64,000 nt of DNA from Candidatus Levyibacteriota bacterium. Lineage in GTDB: Bacteria > Patescibacteriota > Microgenomatia > Levybacterales > UBA12049. This document shows positions 39,336 through 49,536 of the stretch, piece by piece. The stretch spans positions 1,553 through 65,552 of the forward strand of contig JAJDCH010000003.1 in the NCBI GenBank assembly GCA_029260905.1. Direction: 5' to 3'. The translations under genes were made by a program, and so were the position numbers. Position 1 is the first letter of the stretch. Every line of letters starts with the position of its first letter. The notes under the pieces are model-generated. The model did not search any database. It was not told the DNA's origin and worked only from the letters and a program-made list of their open reading frames with translations.

Positions 39336-40298
39336 ATGAAAAATTTTTGGAGAGATCTGCCACGACCATTTACATCTCTTGCTCCTCTTGATGGTGTAAC
39401 TGATGTTGTTTTTAGAAATATTGTAACAGAAACAGGAAAGCCTGATGTACTATTTACAGAATTTACAGCAGTTGATGGGCTTTTGTCGAATGGTTCAGAG
39501 AGAGTTTCGGAAAGATTGATGCTTGAAGAATCTCAAAAACCAATTGTTGCACAAATCTGGGGAACAGATCCAGACAAGTTTTATGTGGTTGCAAAAAAAA
39601 TAAGTAAAAATGGTTTTGCAGGCATTGATATAAATATGGGTTGTCCTGAAAGAACTATCATAAAGCAAGGCGCCTGTTCAGCGCTGATAAAAAGTCCCAT
39701 GCTTGCCAAAGAAATCATAAAAGCAACTATTAAAGGCGCAGGAGATTTGCCAGTTAGCGTAAAAACAAGAATCGGATTTTCAAGTATTGATATTTTGTGG
39801 ATTAAACATTTGTTATCTTTGAAATTGCCAGCGCTTACTTTTCATCTTAGAACAGTGAGTGAGATGTCGAAAGTTCCTGCTCATTGGGACATGATGAGTG
39901 AGGTAATCAAATTACGTAATGCTATTTCACCAGAAACCATTATTATTGGCAATGGGGACGTTTTGAACCTATCTGAGATTTATGAAAAATATAAAAAATA
40001 CGGCTGTGAGGGATTTATGGTGGGACGGGGTATATTTATAAATCCGTGGATGTTCAATAAGACTGTTGATATGAAGAAGATAACTGTTCTGCAAAGAATT
40101 GACCTTTATCTTCATCATATAGATCTTTTTGAAAAACAGTGGGGGACAAGGCGAAATTTTGCTTTACTTAAGAAATTTGCCAAAACCTATCTCAGTAATT
40201 TTCCTGGGGCATCAGAAGTGAGGGATGATCTTATGATTTCAAAAAAAATTGAGGAACTCAAAGAGAAGCTGAATGAATATAGAAAACTGAATTCATAA
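39336..40298 (+). CDS. dus: tRNA-dihydrouridine synthase.
   Basis: It has a LAPLDGVTDVVFR motif and a TIM-barrel flavoenzyme core. Confidence 0.85.
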   Translation: MKNFWRDLPRPFTSLAPLDGVTDVVFRNIVTETGKPDVLFTEFTAVDGLLSNGSERVSERLMLEESQKPIVAQIWGTDPDKFYVVAKKISKNGFAGIDINMGCPERTIIKQGACSALIKSPMLAKEIIKATIKGAGDLPVSVKTRIGFSSIDILWIKHLLSLKLPALTFHLRTVSEMSKVPAHWDMMSEVIKLRNAISPETIIIGNGDVLNLSEIYEKYKKYGCEGFMVGRGIFINPWMFNKTVDMKKITVLQRIDLYLHHIDLFEKQWGTRRNFALLKKFAKTYLSNFPGASEVRDDLMISKKIEELKEKLNEYRKLNS

Positions 40299-40318
40299 AA
40301 CCATCCTTAAATACTCCT

Positions 40319-40504
40319 TCAATTATTTATAGGTTCAGACTTCTCATTTTTTCCTGTTGTTTCATTTTTCTTGCCCTCAGCAAATGGTTCACCTTTCATA
40401 GTGCAGACTTCTGCCCCGCATTTTGTTAGACCATTATTGTATTTTTCCTCAGACACAACTGCCTGACAGGTACCGAGACAAACATATGTTTTGTTATTTT
40501 CCAT
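40319..40504 (-). CDS. Small Cys-containing protein (C-x3-C ... C-x4-C), possibly metal-binding.
   Basis: The ORF is 61 aa: ..YVCLGTCQAVVSEEKYNNGLTKCGAEVCTMKGEPF.. with a K/E/N-rich tail. Confidence 0.35.
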   Translation of the reverse strand: MENNKTYVCLGTCQAVVSEEKYNNGLTKCGAEVCTMKGEPFAEGKKNETTGKNEKSEPINN

Positions 40505-40517
40505 AAAATCACCTCCT

Positions 40518-40979
40518 TTATTTTATTTCAATCAGCTCAACATCAAAAATAAGAGTAGAGTTGGCAGGTATATCTCCATTTTGTTGTGTTCCATATCCAA
40601 GTTCAGGTGGAATGGATAGAGTTCTTTTCCCTCCAACCTTCATGCCGACAACTCCGATATCCCATCCGGGTATGACTTGGCCAACGCCTATTATTGTTTG
40701 GAATGGTTCGCCTCTGTCATATGATGAATCAAATTTAGTTTTATCAGTCAGCCTGCCTTCATAATGAATGAGTATAGTATCACCTGATTTTACCTCAGGC
40801 CCTGCCCCCTCCAGAGTATCTTTAATTTCTAGATTATCAGGAATTTTTGTTTCTGTTTTTTCAGTTGCTACTTCGTTTATGGAATTGTTTGGTTTGCTTT
40901 TAGATCCGAAGATGAAGTAGAAAAATACTGCCAAGATCACAAGACCTATTATAAGTACATTACTTGTCTGCTTTGACAT
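40518..40979 (-). CDS. FKBP-type peptidyl-prolyl isomerase with an N-terminal membrane anchor.
   Basis: It has a TM (VLIIGLVILAVFFYFIF) and then the FKBP core FDSSYDRGEPFQTIIGVGQVIPGWDIGVVGMKVGGKRTLSIPPELGYG. Confidence 0.85.
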   Translation of the reverse strand: MSKQTSNVLIIGLVILAVFFYFIFGSKSKPNNSINEVATEKTETKIPDNLEIKDTLEGAGPEVKSGDTILIHYEGRLTDKTKFDSSYDRGEPFQTIIGVGQVIPGWDIGVVGMKVGGKRTLSIPPELGYGTQQNGDIPANSTLIFDVELIEIK

Positions 40980-41134
40980 GTTTATATACTACAACTTTTA
41001 GAAAAGTTTTAAAAGCTTAAAAATCAGTTTATAGAAGTATTTACTTTGTATAAATGAGTATTAGTTTGTCTCCCTTGACTTATGATTCAATTAAGTGTCA
41101 GACTTAACCTACATAGTGAAAGGAGGTGATTTAC

Positions 41135-41335
41135 ATGAAGGCATTACACATGATTGCATTTATCTTAGTTGTTGCAGGAGGCCTTAATTGGGGTCTTATC
41201 GGATTTTTCAACTACAATTTAGTTGCTGAAGTTCTAGGTGGAGTTGAGACAGTTGTCTATATGCTTGTTGGACTTTCAACAGTTTATATAGCATTTACAC
41301 ACAAAACAGATTGCAAAGTCTGCGGCGGAAAGTAA
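41135..41335 (+). CDS. DUF378 family small membrane protein.
   Basis: It carries the GGLNWGLIGFFN signature. A strong SD (AGGAGG) lies 8 nt upstream of the ATG. Confidence 0.75.
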   Translation: MKALHMIAFILVVAGGLNWGLIGFFNYNLVAEVLGGVETVVYMLVGLSTVYIAFTHKTDCKVCGGK

Positions 41336-41396
41336 ATAAGTGTTTTATAGAGTAAGAAGTTGGTAGAGTTTTAAGAGTTGGCGATTGTTTAGTCGT

Positions 41397-42071
41397 TTAT
41401 TGATTTTTTGGTAAAAAGTTCTTGAACAAGAGAAGTATTGCCAGATCTAAAATAAGTGGTGCTGCAAGAAATATGCTTGCCTGTTTAAATACTTCCAAAA
41501 TTTCAGGTTTATTTAAAAAAGCCTGAATGGTAAATGAAGAAATTTTTATCCCTGCAAAATATAAGACAATAAATACAAATAACATCACCAAAACAAGCGG
41601 AAAAACACCCTCCATGTCTTTTTTACTTGAAAACATAGTATTTCCTATTTCAAAAACTGCATAAATTAGAATTAGTAAATAAAGAGGATTACTAAGCATA
41701 TTATTTGAAACAGCTATTGAGAAGAGCCAAATAATTAGTGATGTACCGATTGTGAATGGAGCGATACCAATAAGAAATCTCCTGATTGGATCTGTTTTAC
41801 CAATTTGGACACTTCCCATTTTTACCTCATCCCCATCTATTTTGGGAATTAACTCCATTTCGCCAATTGGCACCATTAGTATGAGTGCCATGAGAAGATG
41901 ACTCGCTTCGTGGATAAATGTTCCAGGAAGAAAAAGAAAAGAAAGAAGAGCGATTGTTATTTTTTTGCTTTTGGTAAGTGAATAAAGCCAGAGCGAGATC
42001 CGTCTTGTCAGGCTTCTTGATAAAAAAAACAGAGCTAAAAGTTCAATTAGAAAAATGAAAGCATAGAACAT
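41397..42071 (-). CDS. Polytopic membrane protein with an HExxH motif inside a TM region (putative intramembrane metalloprotease, M50-like).
   Basis: It carries FIHEASHLLMAL. Confidence 0.4.
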   Translation of the reverse strand: MFYAFIFLIELLALFFLSRSLTRRISLWLYSLTKSKKITIALLSFLFLPGTFIHEASHLLMALILMVPIGEMELIPKIDGDEVKMGSVQIGKTDPIRRFLIGIAPFTIGTSLIIWLFSIAVSNNMLSNPLYLLILIYAVFEIGNTMFSSKKDMEGVFPLVLVMLFVFIVLYFAGIKISSFTIQAFLNKPEILEVFKQASIFLAAPLILDLAILLLFKNFLPKNQ

Positions 42072-42186
42072 GTATTTATATTAGCAATTTCAAGCGTTAA
42101 ATAACCAGCTTAGAATTTTATTGAGGCTAATTTACCTCTTGCAAAGCATTATCAATTTGTTCTATGATAGAAAAAGAGAAATAGAT

Positions 42187-42828
42187 ATGCCCAAAAAAAC
42201 ACTTGCCCTTATAGTTGGTTTGGTTCTAGTTACAGTAGTACTTTTTGTATTTGCATTAAGAGCTAGCAACACCTCAGATCAAACAGCAATTCAGCCAACC
42301 CCAGCAGGTGAGGCTCCAGCTCCTACTTCAGCAGCTAAATCCATACTTACGCTTTCTCCAAATCCTGTTACGGTAGGTTCTGGTCAAAGTGGTCAAGTTA
42401 GCGTTGAGATCAATACCGACTCCAATGAGGTAACTGGTGTTCAATTGGAAATTTCATATGATCCAGGTCTGATATCAAATGTAAAAGTTACCCCAGGCGT
42501 TCTTCTTCCAAACGCAGCAGTTCTTTTTGACAACAATAATTCACAAACAGGTAACTATACATATGCGTTAGGCATTACGCCAAATAGCCCTACAATTCAA
42601 GGAACAGGAAGTGTAGCTGTGATTACATTTACTGCAAGAGGAATTGCAGGATCGCAATCACAGATTGAACTTCTCCCAACAACTCTGATATCTGCAAAGG
42701 GAGTACGAGATTCTGTTTTGAAGCAGTCATCTGGGGCAACGGTTATAATTAATGCTGCATCTACAACAAATACAGGTTCAGGTTCAGGAACATTTGTGGA
42801 AACAGCTCCTCCAGTAGTCGCTCAATAA
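42187..42828 (+). CDS. Secreted or anchored protein with a cohesin-like beta-sandwich domain.
   Basis: It has a signal/TM (LALIVGLVLVTVVLFVF), then VSVEINTDSNEVTGVQLEISYDPGLI, resembling the cohesin domain. Confidence 0.45.
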   Translation: MPKKTLALIVGLVLVTVVLFVFALRASNTSDQTAIQPTPAGEAPAPTSAAKSILTLSPNPVTVGSGQSGQVSVEINTDSNEVTGVQLEISYDPGLISNVKVTPGVLLPNAAVLFDNNNSQTGNYTYALGITPNSPTIQGTGSVAVITFTARGIAGSQSQIELLPTTLISAKGVRDSVLKQSSGATVIINAASTTNTGSGSGTFVETAPPVVAQ

Positions 42829-42887
42829 ATTCTGCGGTTTTGATTAAATCCTTGATAGTTACTCTTTGTTATTCTATAATCTTTTAA

Positions 42888-43817
42888 ATGTTTATTATTA
42901 CGGGGTCAATTGCTTATGATTACATAATGGGTTTCCCAGGTAGCTTTTCAGACCATATCCTTCCAGAAAACGGAAAAAATATAAATATCTCATTTGTAGC
43001 AGACAAGTTTGCAAGACGTAGGGGAGGAACTGCAGGAAATGTTAGCTATACTCTTGGACTTCTTCAGACTCCTCATCTTTTATATTCTTATGCTGGTTCA
43101 GACTTTACTGATTATAGAAAAGATTTTGAAAAGCTAGGGATTGATTTAAGTGGAGTGAGGATAGATGAATCAGAAAGCACAGCTCTTGGGTTTGCAATGA
43201 GTGATAAAAGACAGAATCAAATTTGGGGATTTTACTATGGTGCTGCAAACAAGAACAAAACTCTTAAATTATCAAGAGTAGCAAAAAAAAATGACCTGGT
43301 TCTAATCGGACCTCAAGGAGCTGATGCGTCAATGAGCCTTGTTAGGCAATGTATTGATCTTGAAATAGCATATATGTTTGATCCAGGATTTATCCTTACA
43401 CAAGTAACAGATAAGGATCTTGAGGATGGTTTGGAGCATGCTTCATATATCATTGGCAACAGTTATGAAATAGAAGTTATGAAAAAAAGAGTTAGCAGAT
43501 TCGTTGTTTTTGAAAAGCAAGCTGTTGTTATTGAGACAAGAGGCAAAGATGGAGCCTTTGTAAACGACATGGGAAAAACCCACAAGATAAAACCAGTTAG
43601 AGTAAAGGCTATCTCAACTGTTGGCGCAGGAGATGCATGGAGAAGTGGTTTTCTTGCAGGAATCCAAAAAGGCTTTGATATTTTGACTTGTTCTGAAATG
43701 GGATCAGTTGCTGGATCATTTGCTGTTGAAAAGGTAGGAACTCAGGAGCATGAATTTAGCAAAAAAGAGTTTGCAAAGCGCTATAAAGATACGTATAATA
43801 AAGAATTAGTACTCTAA
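42888..43817 (+). CDS. PfkB-family carbohydrate/nucleoside kinase (possibly adenosine kinase).
   Basis: It has a ribokinase-like fold and a C-terminal [15 protein letters not shown] anion-hole motif. Confidence 0.75.
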   Translation: MFIITGSIAYDYIMGFPGSFSDHILPENGKNINISFVADKFARRRGGTAGNVSYTLGLLQTPHLLYSYAGSDFTDYRKDFEKLGIDLSGVRIDESESTALGFAMSDKRQNQIWGFYYGAANKNKTLKLSRVAKKNDLVLIGPQGADASMSLVRQCIDLEIAYMFDPGFILTQVTDKDLEDGLEHASYIIGNSYEIEVMKKRVSRFVVFEKQAVVIETRGKDGAFVNDMGKTHKIKPVRVKAISTVGAGDAWRSGFLAGIQKGFDILTCSEMGSVAGSFAVEKVGTQEHEFSKKEFAKRYKDTYNKELVL

Positions 43818-43828
43818 GCGCAAATTAT

Positions 43829-45100
43829 ATGAAGAATAATTTAAAATACGATGTTAAGGATTTAAAATTAGCAGGTGAAGGAAAGTTAAAAATCGAATGG
43901 GCAGGCAGGCAAATGCAGGTTTTAGAGAAGATCAAGACTCGCTTCAAAAAAGAAAAACCTCTAAAAGGACTGACGCTGGCAGCATGCCTCCACATCACAT
44001 CAGAAACTGCTAATTTGTTGATAGCTCTTAAAGAGGGAGGCGCAACAGTTGTTGCGAACGCATCAAATCCTCTTTCTACACAAGACGTAGTCGCTGCATC
44101 TCTTGTCAAAGATTATGACATTCCTACCTTTGCGGTACGCGGTGAGGACAACAAGACATATTTTCAGCATTTAAATGCAGTTCTTGATGCCAAGCCGAAT
44201 ATCACAATGGATGATGGGGGAGATCTTATTTATGCGCTTCATACCAAAAGATCAGAGCTTCTGAAAAATATCATTGGATCTAGCGAGGAAACAACAACAG
44301 GCGTGATCCGTCTTAAGGCTATGGAAAAAGAAGGCGCTCTCAAACTTCCCGTTATTGCAGTTAATGATTCAGATACCAAGCATCTTTTTGACAATCGTTA
44401 TGGAACGGGACAATCAACAATAGATGGTTTGCTTCGCGCAACAAATATACTTATAGCAGGTAAAACATTTGTGGTCGGAGGATATGGTTGGTGTAGTCGT
44501 GGGATTGCTATGCGGGCAAAAGGAATGGGTGCAGATGTGATAGTAACTGAGGTTGATCCTATCCGCGCGCTTGAAGCAGCAATGGATGGGTTTCGCGTGA
44601 TGACGATGAAGGATGCAACTAAGTTTGGTGATATTTTTGTCTCGGCAACAGGGGATAAGCACGTGATATCACTTGATGTTGTAAAGCTCATGAAAGACGG
44701 CGCGATTGTTGCCAACTCAGGACATTTTGATGTGGAGATAGATATGGCTGGCATTGAAAAGTTAAAAACCAAAAAGAGAAGAGTCAGAAACAATCTGGAT
44801 GAATATACTTTTCCAAATGGAAAAAAGATTTTTGTGGCTGGTGAGGGACGTTTGGTTAACTTGGCAGCAGCAGAAGGTCATCCAGCAGAGGTGATGGATA
44901 TGTCCTTTGCCAATCAGGCGCTTGCTGCAGAGTATTTGGTTGACAACAAAGGAAAGTTGAAAAATAAAGTCTACACCTTGCCAAGAGACTTAGATGTAAA
45001 TGTCGCAAAGATCAAGCTTGATGCAATGGGAATAAGTATTGATAAATTAACTAAAGAACAAAGCAAATACCTCTCATCCTGGGACGAAGGAACCTCATAG
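43829..45100 (+). CDS. ahcY: Adenosylhomocysteinase.
   Basis: It has an NAD-binding region [27 protein letters not shown] and a substrate domain. Confidence 0.93.
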   Translation: MKNNLKYDVKDLKLAGEGKLKIEWAGRQMQVLEKIKTRFKKEKPLKGLTLAACLHITSETANLLIALKEGGATVVANASNPLSTQDVVAASLVKDYDIPTFAVRGEDNKTYFQHLNAVLDAKPNITMDDGGDLIYALHTKRSELLKNIIGSSEETTTGVIRLKAMEKEGALKLPVIAVNDSDTKHLFDNRYGTGQSTIDGLLRATNILIAGKTFVVGGYGWCSRGIAMRAKGMGADVIVTEVDPIRALEAAMDGFRVMTMKDATKFGDIFVSATGDKHVISLDVVKLMKDGAIVANSGHFDVEIDMAGIEKLKTKKRRVRNNLDEYTFPNGKKIFVAGEGRLVNLAAAEGHPAEVMDMSFANQALAAEYLVDNKGKLKNKVYTLPRDLDVNVAKIKLDAMGISIDKLTKEQSKYLSSWDEGTS

Positions 45101-45277
45101 ATTCTCACAACAATAAATAATAGAAATCTTTTTTTTACTGTTCCATTACAAGTATACATGTATATCTGCACCAAGAGGATTTTTATTCAATAATATTCGG
45201 AATTATCTGGTAATATTTGGCAAAATTAGAAAATTATAATTTGAAGTTAAGATTCGTAGATGTAAAATGTGACGAGG

Positions 45278-46372
45278 TTATTTGTTTTCTTCTTCAGACT
45301 CTTCACCACCGACCATGATTGGCGCAGGTCTTCCGTCTTTGTTCTGAGCCATTATTTTTGCAATAATTTCTTTTGAGAGACTTGAATTTTCTTTCAGCTT
45401 TTGCATTGTTGCCAGCTTGCCTTGACCAAGCATCTCGTCATTGTAGCGATAAAATGCGCCTGCTTTTTGGATAATATCCATCTCAACCGCCACATCAACT
45501 ATTCCTCCCTCTCTTGAAATACCAGTTCCTGAGACGTCAAATTCTGCTAGGCGGAAAGGTGAAGCAATTTTGTTTTTTACAATCTTAACACGATGTCGTG
45601 AACCAACAACCTTATCACCATCTTTAAGCGTCTCTATTTTTCTGATATCCATTCTGATAGATGCATAAAATTTCAGTGCTTGACCACCTGTTGTTGTCTC
45701 AGGATTGCCAAACATTACACCAATTTTTTGTCTGAGCTGGTTGGTAAATATGACAACAGTTTTTGATTTTGAAATAACACCTGTCAATTTTCGAAGAGCT
45801 TGTGACATAAGACGCGCCTGAAGACCCATGACTGAATCACCCATATCTCCTTCTATCTCAGCTCTTGGCACAAGGGCTGCAACTGAGTCGATAACCAATA
45901 CGTCGATTCCGCCTGATCTTACTAAGCTTTCTGTAATTTCAAGCGCCTGCTCACCTGTATCTGGCTGAGATATTAATAATTCATCAAGTTTTACTCCAAG
46001 TTTTTCAGCCCACAGCGGGTCAAGAGCGTGTTCTGCGTCAATAAATGCAGCAACGCCGCCATGTTTTTGCGCCTGTGCAATAGTTGATAAACAAACAGTT
46101 GTTTTTCCTGATGCCTCAGGTCCATAGATTTCAATAATCCTACCACGGGGAAGTCCACCTGCGCCAAGCGCCAGATCAAGAGGAAGACAGCCTGTTGATA
46201 TAACCGAAATATCAAATTTTTGACCTGATTCACCAAAACGCATTATAGATCCTTTGCCGTACTGTTTTTCGATTTGATCCATTGCCATGCGGATTGATTC
46301 GAGCTTTTGCTTGTTGTCAGTTTGTTCCTGAACGGGGGTTGAGGTTTTTGAATTAGCTTGTGTTTTCGCCAT
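45278..46372 (-). CDS. recA: Recombinase RecA.
   Basis: It carries GPEASGKTT Walker A and the conserved RecA core. Confidence 0.97.
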   Translation of the reverse strand: MAKTQANSKTSTPVQEQTDNKQKLESIRMAMDQIEKQYGKGSIMRFGESGQKFDISVISTGCLPLDLALGAGGLPRGRIIEIYGPEASGKTTVCLSTIAQAQKHGGVAAFIDAEHALDPLWAEKLGVKLDELLISQPDTGEQALEITESLVRSGGIDVLVIDSVAALVPRAEIEGDMGDSVMGLQARLMSQALRKLTGVISKSKTVVIFTNQLRQKIGVMFGNPETTTGGQALKFYASIRMDIRKIETLKDGDKVVGSRHRVKIVKNKIASPFRLAEFDVSGTGISREGGIVDVAVEMDIIQKAGAFYRYNDEMLGQGKLATMQKLKENSSLSKEIIAKIMAQNKDGRPAPIMVGGEESEEENK

Positions 46373-46425
46373 AATTGATTAACATTATAATAGCAAGGTT
46401 CTATGATAAAATACAAGTAGCAAAA

Positions 46426-46496
46426 CGGGGTGTAGTTTAACGGTAGAATGAGCGGCTGGGGGCCGTTTGATTGGAGTTCGACTCTCCGCACCCCGA
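46426..46496 (+). tRNA. tRNA-Pro (anticodon GGG).
   Basis: Manual cloverleaf: the acceptor stem is CGGGGTG/CACCCCG, the anticodon stem is AGCGG/CCGTT with loop CTGGGGG, the T-arm is TGGAG-TTCGACT-CTCCG, and the discriminator is A73. C1:G72 plus A73 is the bacterial tRNA-Pro identity set. No CCA is encoded. Confidence 0.8.
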
Positions 46497-46502
46497 CACA
46501 AA

Positions 46503-46748
46503 TTATTCTCCCAAGTATTCAAATCTTGGTGTTTGCTTTCCATCAACAGTTACATTTTCTAAAAACATCTCAATAGGTCTGATCCAGAAATGATTTTTGT
46601 CATCCTCAAGATGGCGGTAAGTAACTAGTTCCTCAAGTGTCTCGCTGTGATTTGCAACACCAAGGACTATCACGTCAGCTCCTTTGCAGTGCCTGTATCT
46701 GCCAAGTTTTAAATTATTTGCTTTTTCAGATAATTTATTGTTGATCAT
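46503..46748 (-). CDS. DUF1653 family small protein.
   Basis: YRHCKGADVIVLGVANHSETLEELVTYRHL...WIRPIEMFLE...RFEYLG matches the DUF1653 consensus. Confidence 0.6.
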   Translation of the reverse strand: MINNKLSEKANNLKLGRYRHCKGADVIVLGVANHSETLEELVTYRHLEDDKNHFWIRPIEMFLENVTVDGKQTPRFEYLGE

Positions 46749-46813
46749 GATTTGATAATATCACAACTTGGATTATTTGTAGTATTGAGTTATTATTTAA
46801 TCGCAGCTCAATC

Positions 46814-47290
46814 ATGGATGATTTTAAGAAATATTTGGATAAGGCATATTTTTTCCTCAAGTTCAGACCAAGATCTGAAAAAGAGCTTCAGGATTATTTA
46901 GTCAAAAAGAAGGCGCCCAAGGAGATTATTGAAAAGATAATTACGAGTTTAAAAGAGCAGAAATTCTTGGATGATAAAGAGTTTGCGAAGTGGTTTATGG
47001 AGCAAAGGTTGAGATTCAAGCCCAAAGCTATGCGATTAATTAAGTATGAATTAAAACAAAAAGGAATAAATAAAGAGATTGTTGATGAATTAGGAATTAT
47101 GAATAATGAATTGGGGCAAGTTAGTGATTTTGAATCTGCAGAAAAATTGGTTGAGAGAAAAATTGATAAATATAAAAATCTGGATAAAAAAGAGATATAC
47201 CAGAAGCTTGGTGGGTATCTTGCAAGACGCGGATTTAACTGGGACATAATCAAAAAAAGCATTGACTCTATTTTGGCAAAAAGAGTATAA
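46814..47290 (+). CDS. recX: Regulatory protein RecX.
   Basis: It has a three-helix repeat architecture with FLKFRPRSEKELQDYL, and it is near recA. Confidence 0.75.
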   Translation: MDDFKKYLDKAYFFLKFRPRSEKELQDYLVKKKAPKEIIEKIITSLKEQKFLDDKEFAKWFMEQRLRFKPKAMRLIKYELKQKGINKEIVDELGIMNNELGQVSDFESAEKLVERKIDKYKNLDKKEIYQKLGGYLARRGFNWDIIKKSIDSILAKRV

Positions 47291-47415
47291 TGACATCAGC
47301 AATAGAAGTTTTCTATGAAGCAAGCAATTTTTAACTTCATAATTTTTGTTTAAACGGCAAGTGATTGCCTATCTTCTTTTGCTCTTAATACTTTAATTTA
47401 ATTTTTAATATATAT

Positions 47416-48687
47416 ATGGCTACAAATACACAACAGGATTTAATTCAGCTTGAAAAAAAACTTCTTGAAAGACAAGACAAGCTCGATGATTTGAGAGATA
47501 AGCTTGACACTGAAAGAGAATCAATAGAGAAAAAAAGGTTGGACTACACTAAAAAGCTAGAGAAGGTTGCAAGTATGAGTCGCGAGGATGCAAATAAGCA
47601 GATTCTTGAAGAAACAGAAAAAGATGCATCAGAAATGATGGCAAAGATCATAAAAGACAAGGAAGAAGAAGCAAAAATAACAGGTGAAAAAAAAGCTCAG
47701 GAAATAATTCTTGATAGTATCAAGCATGGAGCATTGAAATTTATTCCAGAATATACAGTTTCAGTTGTAAGAATTGCTGAGGAAGATATTAAAGGTCGCA
47801 TAATCGGAAAAGAAGGAAGAAATATAAGGGCATTTGAACAAGCAACTGGAGTTGACGTTGATCTTGACGAGGAAGGAATCATCAGACTTTCGAGTTTTGA
47901 TCAGATAAAAAGAGAAGTTGCAAGACGTGCGCTTGAGATACTCCTGAAAGATACCAGAGTTCAGCCATTTAGGATTGAAGAGGTTGTCAAGCAGACAAGA
48001 ACTGAGCTTGAAAAAATAATGTCTGATGAGGGACAAAAACTTGCTCAAGAAGTGAAGGTATTTAATCTTCCATCAGATCTTTATCCAATTTTGGGAAGAA
48101 TGAAATTTAGGACATCATACGGACAAAATCTTCTAGTTCATACACTCGAGCTGACGAAAATAGGTACTCATATTGCAGCAGAGATTGGTGCCAATGAAGA
48201 CGTGGTGAGGCTTGGGTGTCTATTCCATGATATAGGAAAAGTGGTTGAGGGAGAGGGTTCTCACGTTACACTTGGTGTAGATCTTTTGAAAAGATACAGT
48301 TTCCCAGATCCTATTATAAATGCAGTTTGGGAGCATCATGAAGACAAGCCATTCTCAAGCGTAGAATCAGTTATAGTTCATATCGCAGATGCTATATCAG
48401 CAGCAAGACCTGGTGCTAGATATGAAGATATAGAAAAGTATGGACAGCGTCTTACTGATATGGAGAAGATTGCCAAAAATTATGAAGGCGTTGAGGATGC
48501 ATATGCTTTTGAGGCTGGCCGTGAGCTTAGGGTAATAATAAATCCAGGAAGGCTTAATGATGCAGAGACAACTGTTCTCGCAAGAAAAATTCAGGAAGAG
48601 GTAAGTAAATCCCAAGCTGTTCCTGGAGTTGTAAAAGTAACAGCAATCAGAGAGTTTCGCTCAGTCTTCCCAGAAACAACATCATAG
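47416..48687 (+). CDS. rny: Ribonuclease Y-like (KH + HD domains, no N-terminal TM).
   Basis: It has a coiled-coil N-terminus, a KH domain (IIGKEGRNIRAFEQATGVDV) and an HD domain (HTLELTKIGTHIAAEIGANEDVVRLGCLFHDIGK). Confidence 0.85.
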   Translation: MATNTQQDLIQLEKKLLERQDKLDDLRDKLDTERESIEKKRLDYTKKLEKVASMSREDANKQILEETEKDASEMMAKIIKDKEEEAKITGEKKAQEIILDSIKHGALKFIPEYTVSVVRIAEEDIKGRIIGKEGRNIRAFEQATGVDVDLDEEGIIRLSSFDQIKREVARRALEILLKDTRVQPFRIEEVVKQTRTELEKIMSDEGQKLAQEVKVFNLPSDLYPILGRMKFRTSYGQNLLVHTLELTKIGTHIAAEIGANEDVVRLGCLFHDIGKVVEGEGSHVTLGVDLLKRYSFPDPIINAVWEHHEDKPFSSVESVIVHIADAISAARPGARYEDIEKYGQRLTDMEKIAKNYEGVEDAYAFEAGRELRVIINPGRLNDAETTVLARKIQEEVSKSQAVPGVVKVTAIREFRSVFPETTS

Positions 48688-48782
48688 TTTGATCTCTTAA
48701 GAACTATTGACAAACCCTCATTTTACTTGTATTGTTAATCTAATCGTAACTTTTAATTTAATAAAAAAAGGGGGTGATTAAT

Positions 48783-49055
48783 ATGACAAAAAAAGACCTA
48801 ATTGAAGTAGTTGCAAAAAAAGCAAACTTAACCAATAAAGCAGCAAGAGATTCAGTGCAGACAACTTTCAATACAATTCGCGATTCTCTTAAAAGAGGAG
48901 AGAAGGTTGTTATAACTGGTTTTGGAACATTTAGTATCAGATCCCGCAAACAAAGAGTGGGTAGAAATCCAAAAACAGGAGATAAAATTACTCTTTCTGC
49001 AAGAAAAGCACCAGGTTTTACAGCTGGAAAAACTTTGAAAAAAGCAGTTCGCTAG
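48783..49055 (+). CDS. hup: DNA-binding protein HU.
   Basis: MTKKDLIEVVAKKANLTNKAARDSV...GFGTFSIRSRKQRVGRNPKTGDKI. An SD GGGGGTGA lies upstream. Confidence 0.93.
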   Translation: MTKKDLIEVVAKKANLTNKAARDSVQTTFNTIRDSLKRGEKVVITGFGTFSIRSRKQRVGRNPKTGDKITLSARKAPGFTAGKTLKKAVR

Positions 49056-49095
49056 TTTTTAACTATCAGAAAGTTTAATTATTGAAACAAACGGA

Positions 49096-49126
49096 GAAGT
49101 TCCCTGTCCTCAGGGAGCTTCTTTTT
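49096..49126 (+). terminator. Rho-independent terminator after hup.
   Basis: The hairpin GAAGTTCCCTG-tcct-CAGGGAGCTTC is followed by TTTTT. Confidence 0.8.
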
Positions 49127-49141
49127 ATATTTTTGAAGAAA

Positions 49142-49500
49142 AAATCCTGGGAAGAGAGTAAGCCAGATTTTGTTTCTCAATCGCAATTTCTCTCAGGATG
49201 ATATTTAGTCATTCTGCCCGCCCTATTTAGGCGAGATGCCCTCAAACTTTGGTACTCGGGTAAAGCGCCTCAAGCGTACCGTTCGGAGGTTGCAGCAGGT
49301 AGGATTGCCCGTTTCAGTCTCACACGTTTCTGTTGCTCTCAAATCTTGTCAATTCAAAATTTGTTCCAAATCCCGTTTGGTGAGATAAAGATTTGGACAC
49401 TGGCAATTTTAATTGCTGGAGCTTTCGCTCCATCCCCGGCCTTACACCTGTCTGGACTTTCCTGTCGCCTTAGGCGACTAGCGATTCTTCTTCCCAGGCA
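49142..49500 (-). ncRNA. rnpB: RNase P RNA (bacterial type).
   Basis: On the minus strand, P1 pairs CCUGGGAAGAAG...CUCUUCCCAGG at the two ends. The 5' P4 strand is GGAAAGUCCAGAC, and the 3' P4 strand is ACAAAAUCUGGCUUA. These correspond to the universal GGAAAGUCCGGGC / ACAGAAcCCGGCUUA with compensatory changes. Local GC is elevated and there is no ORF. Confidence 0.85.
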
Positions 49501-49536
49501 AAGAGAATTTTACTTTAATTTTTTGTAAAAAACAAG

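Noticed and set aside
49140-49500. Alternative identities for the GC-rich ncRNA (tmRNA, SRP RNA, 6S).
   Set aside because: There is no tRNA-like 3' T-arm (GGUUCGAUUCC) for tmRNA and no SRP domain IV GGAA/AGCAGCC motif. The P1/P4 signatures fit RNase P on the minus strand instead.
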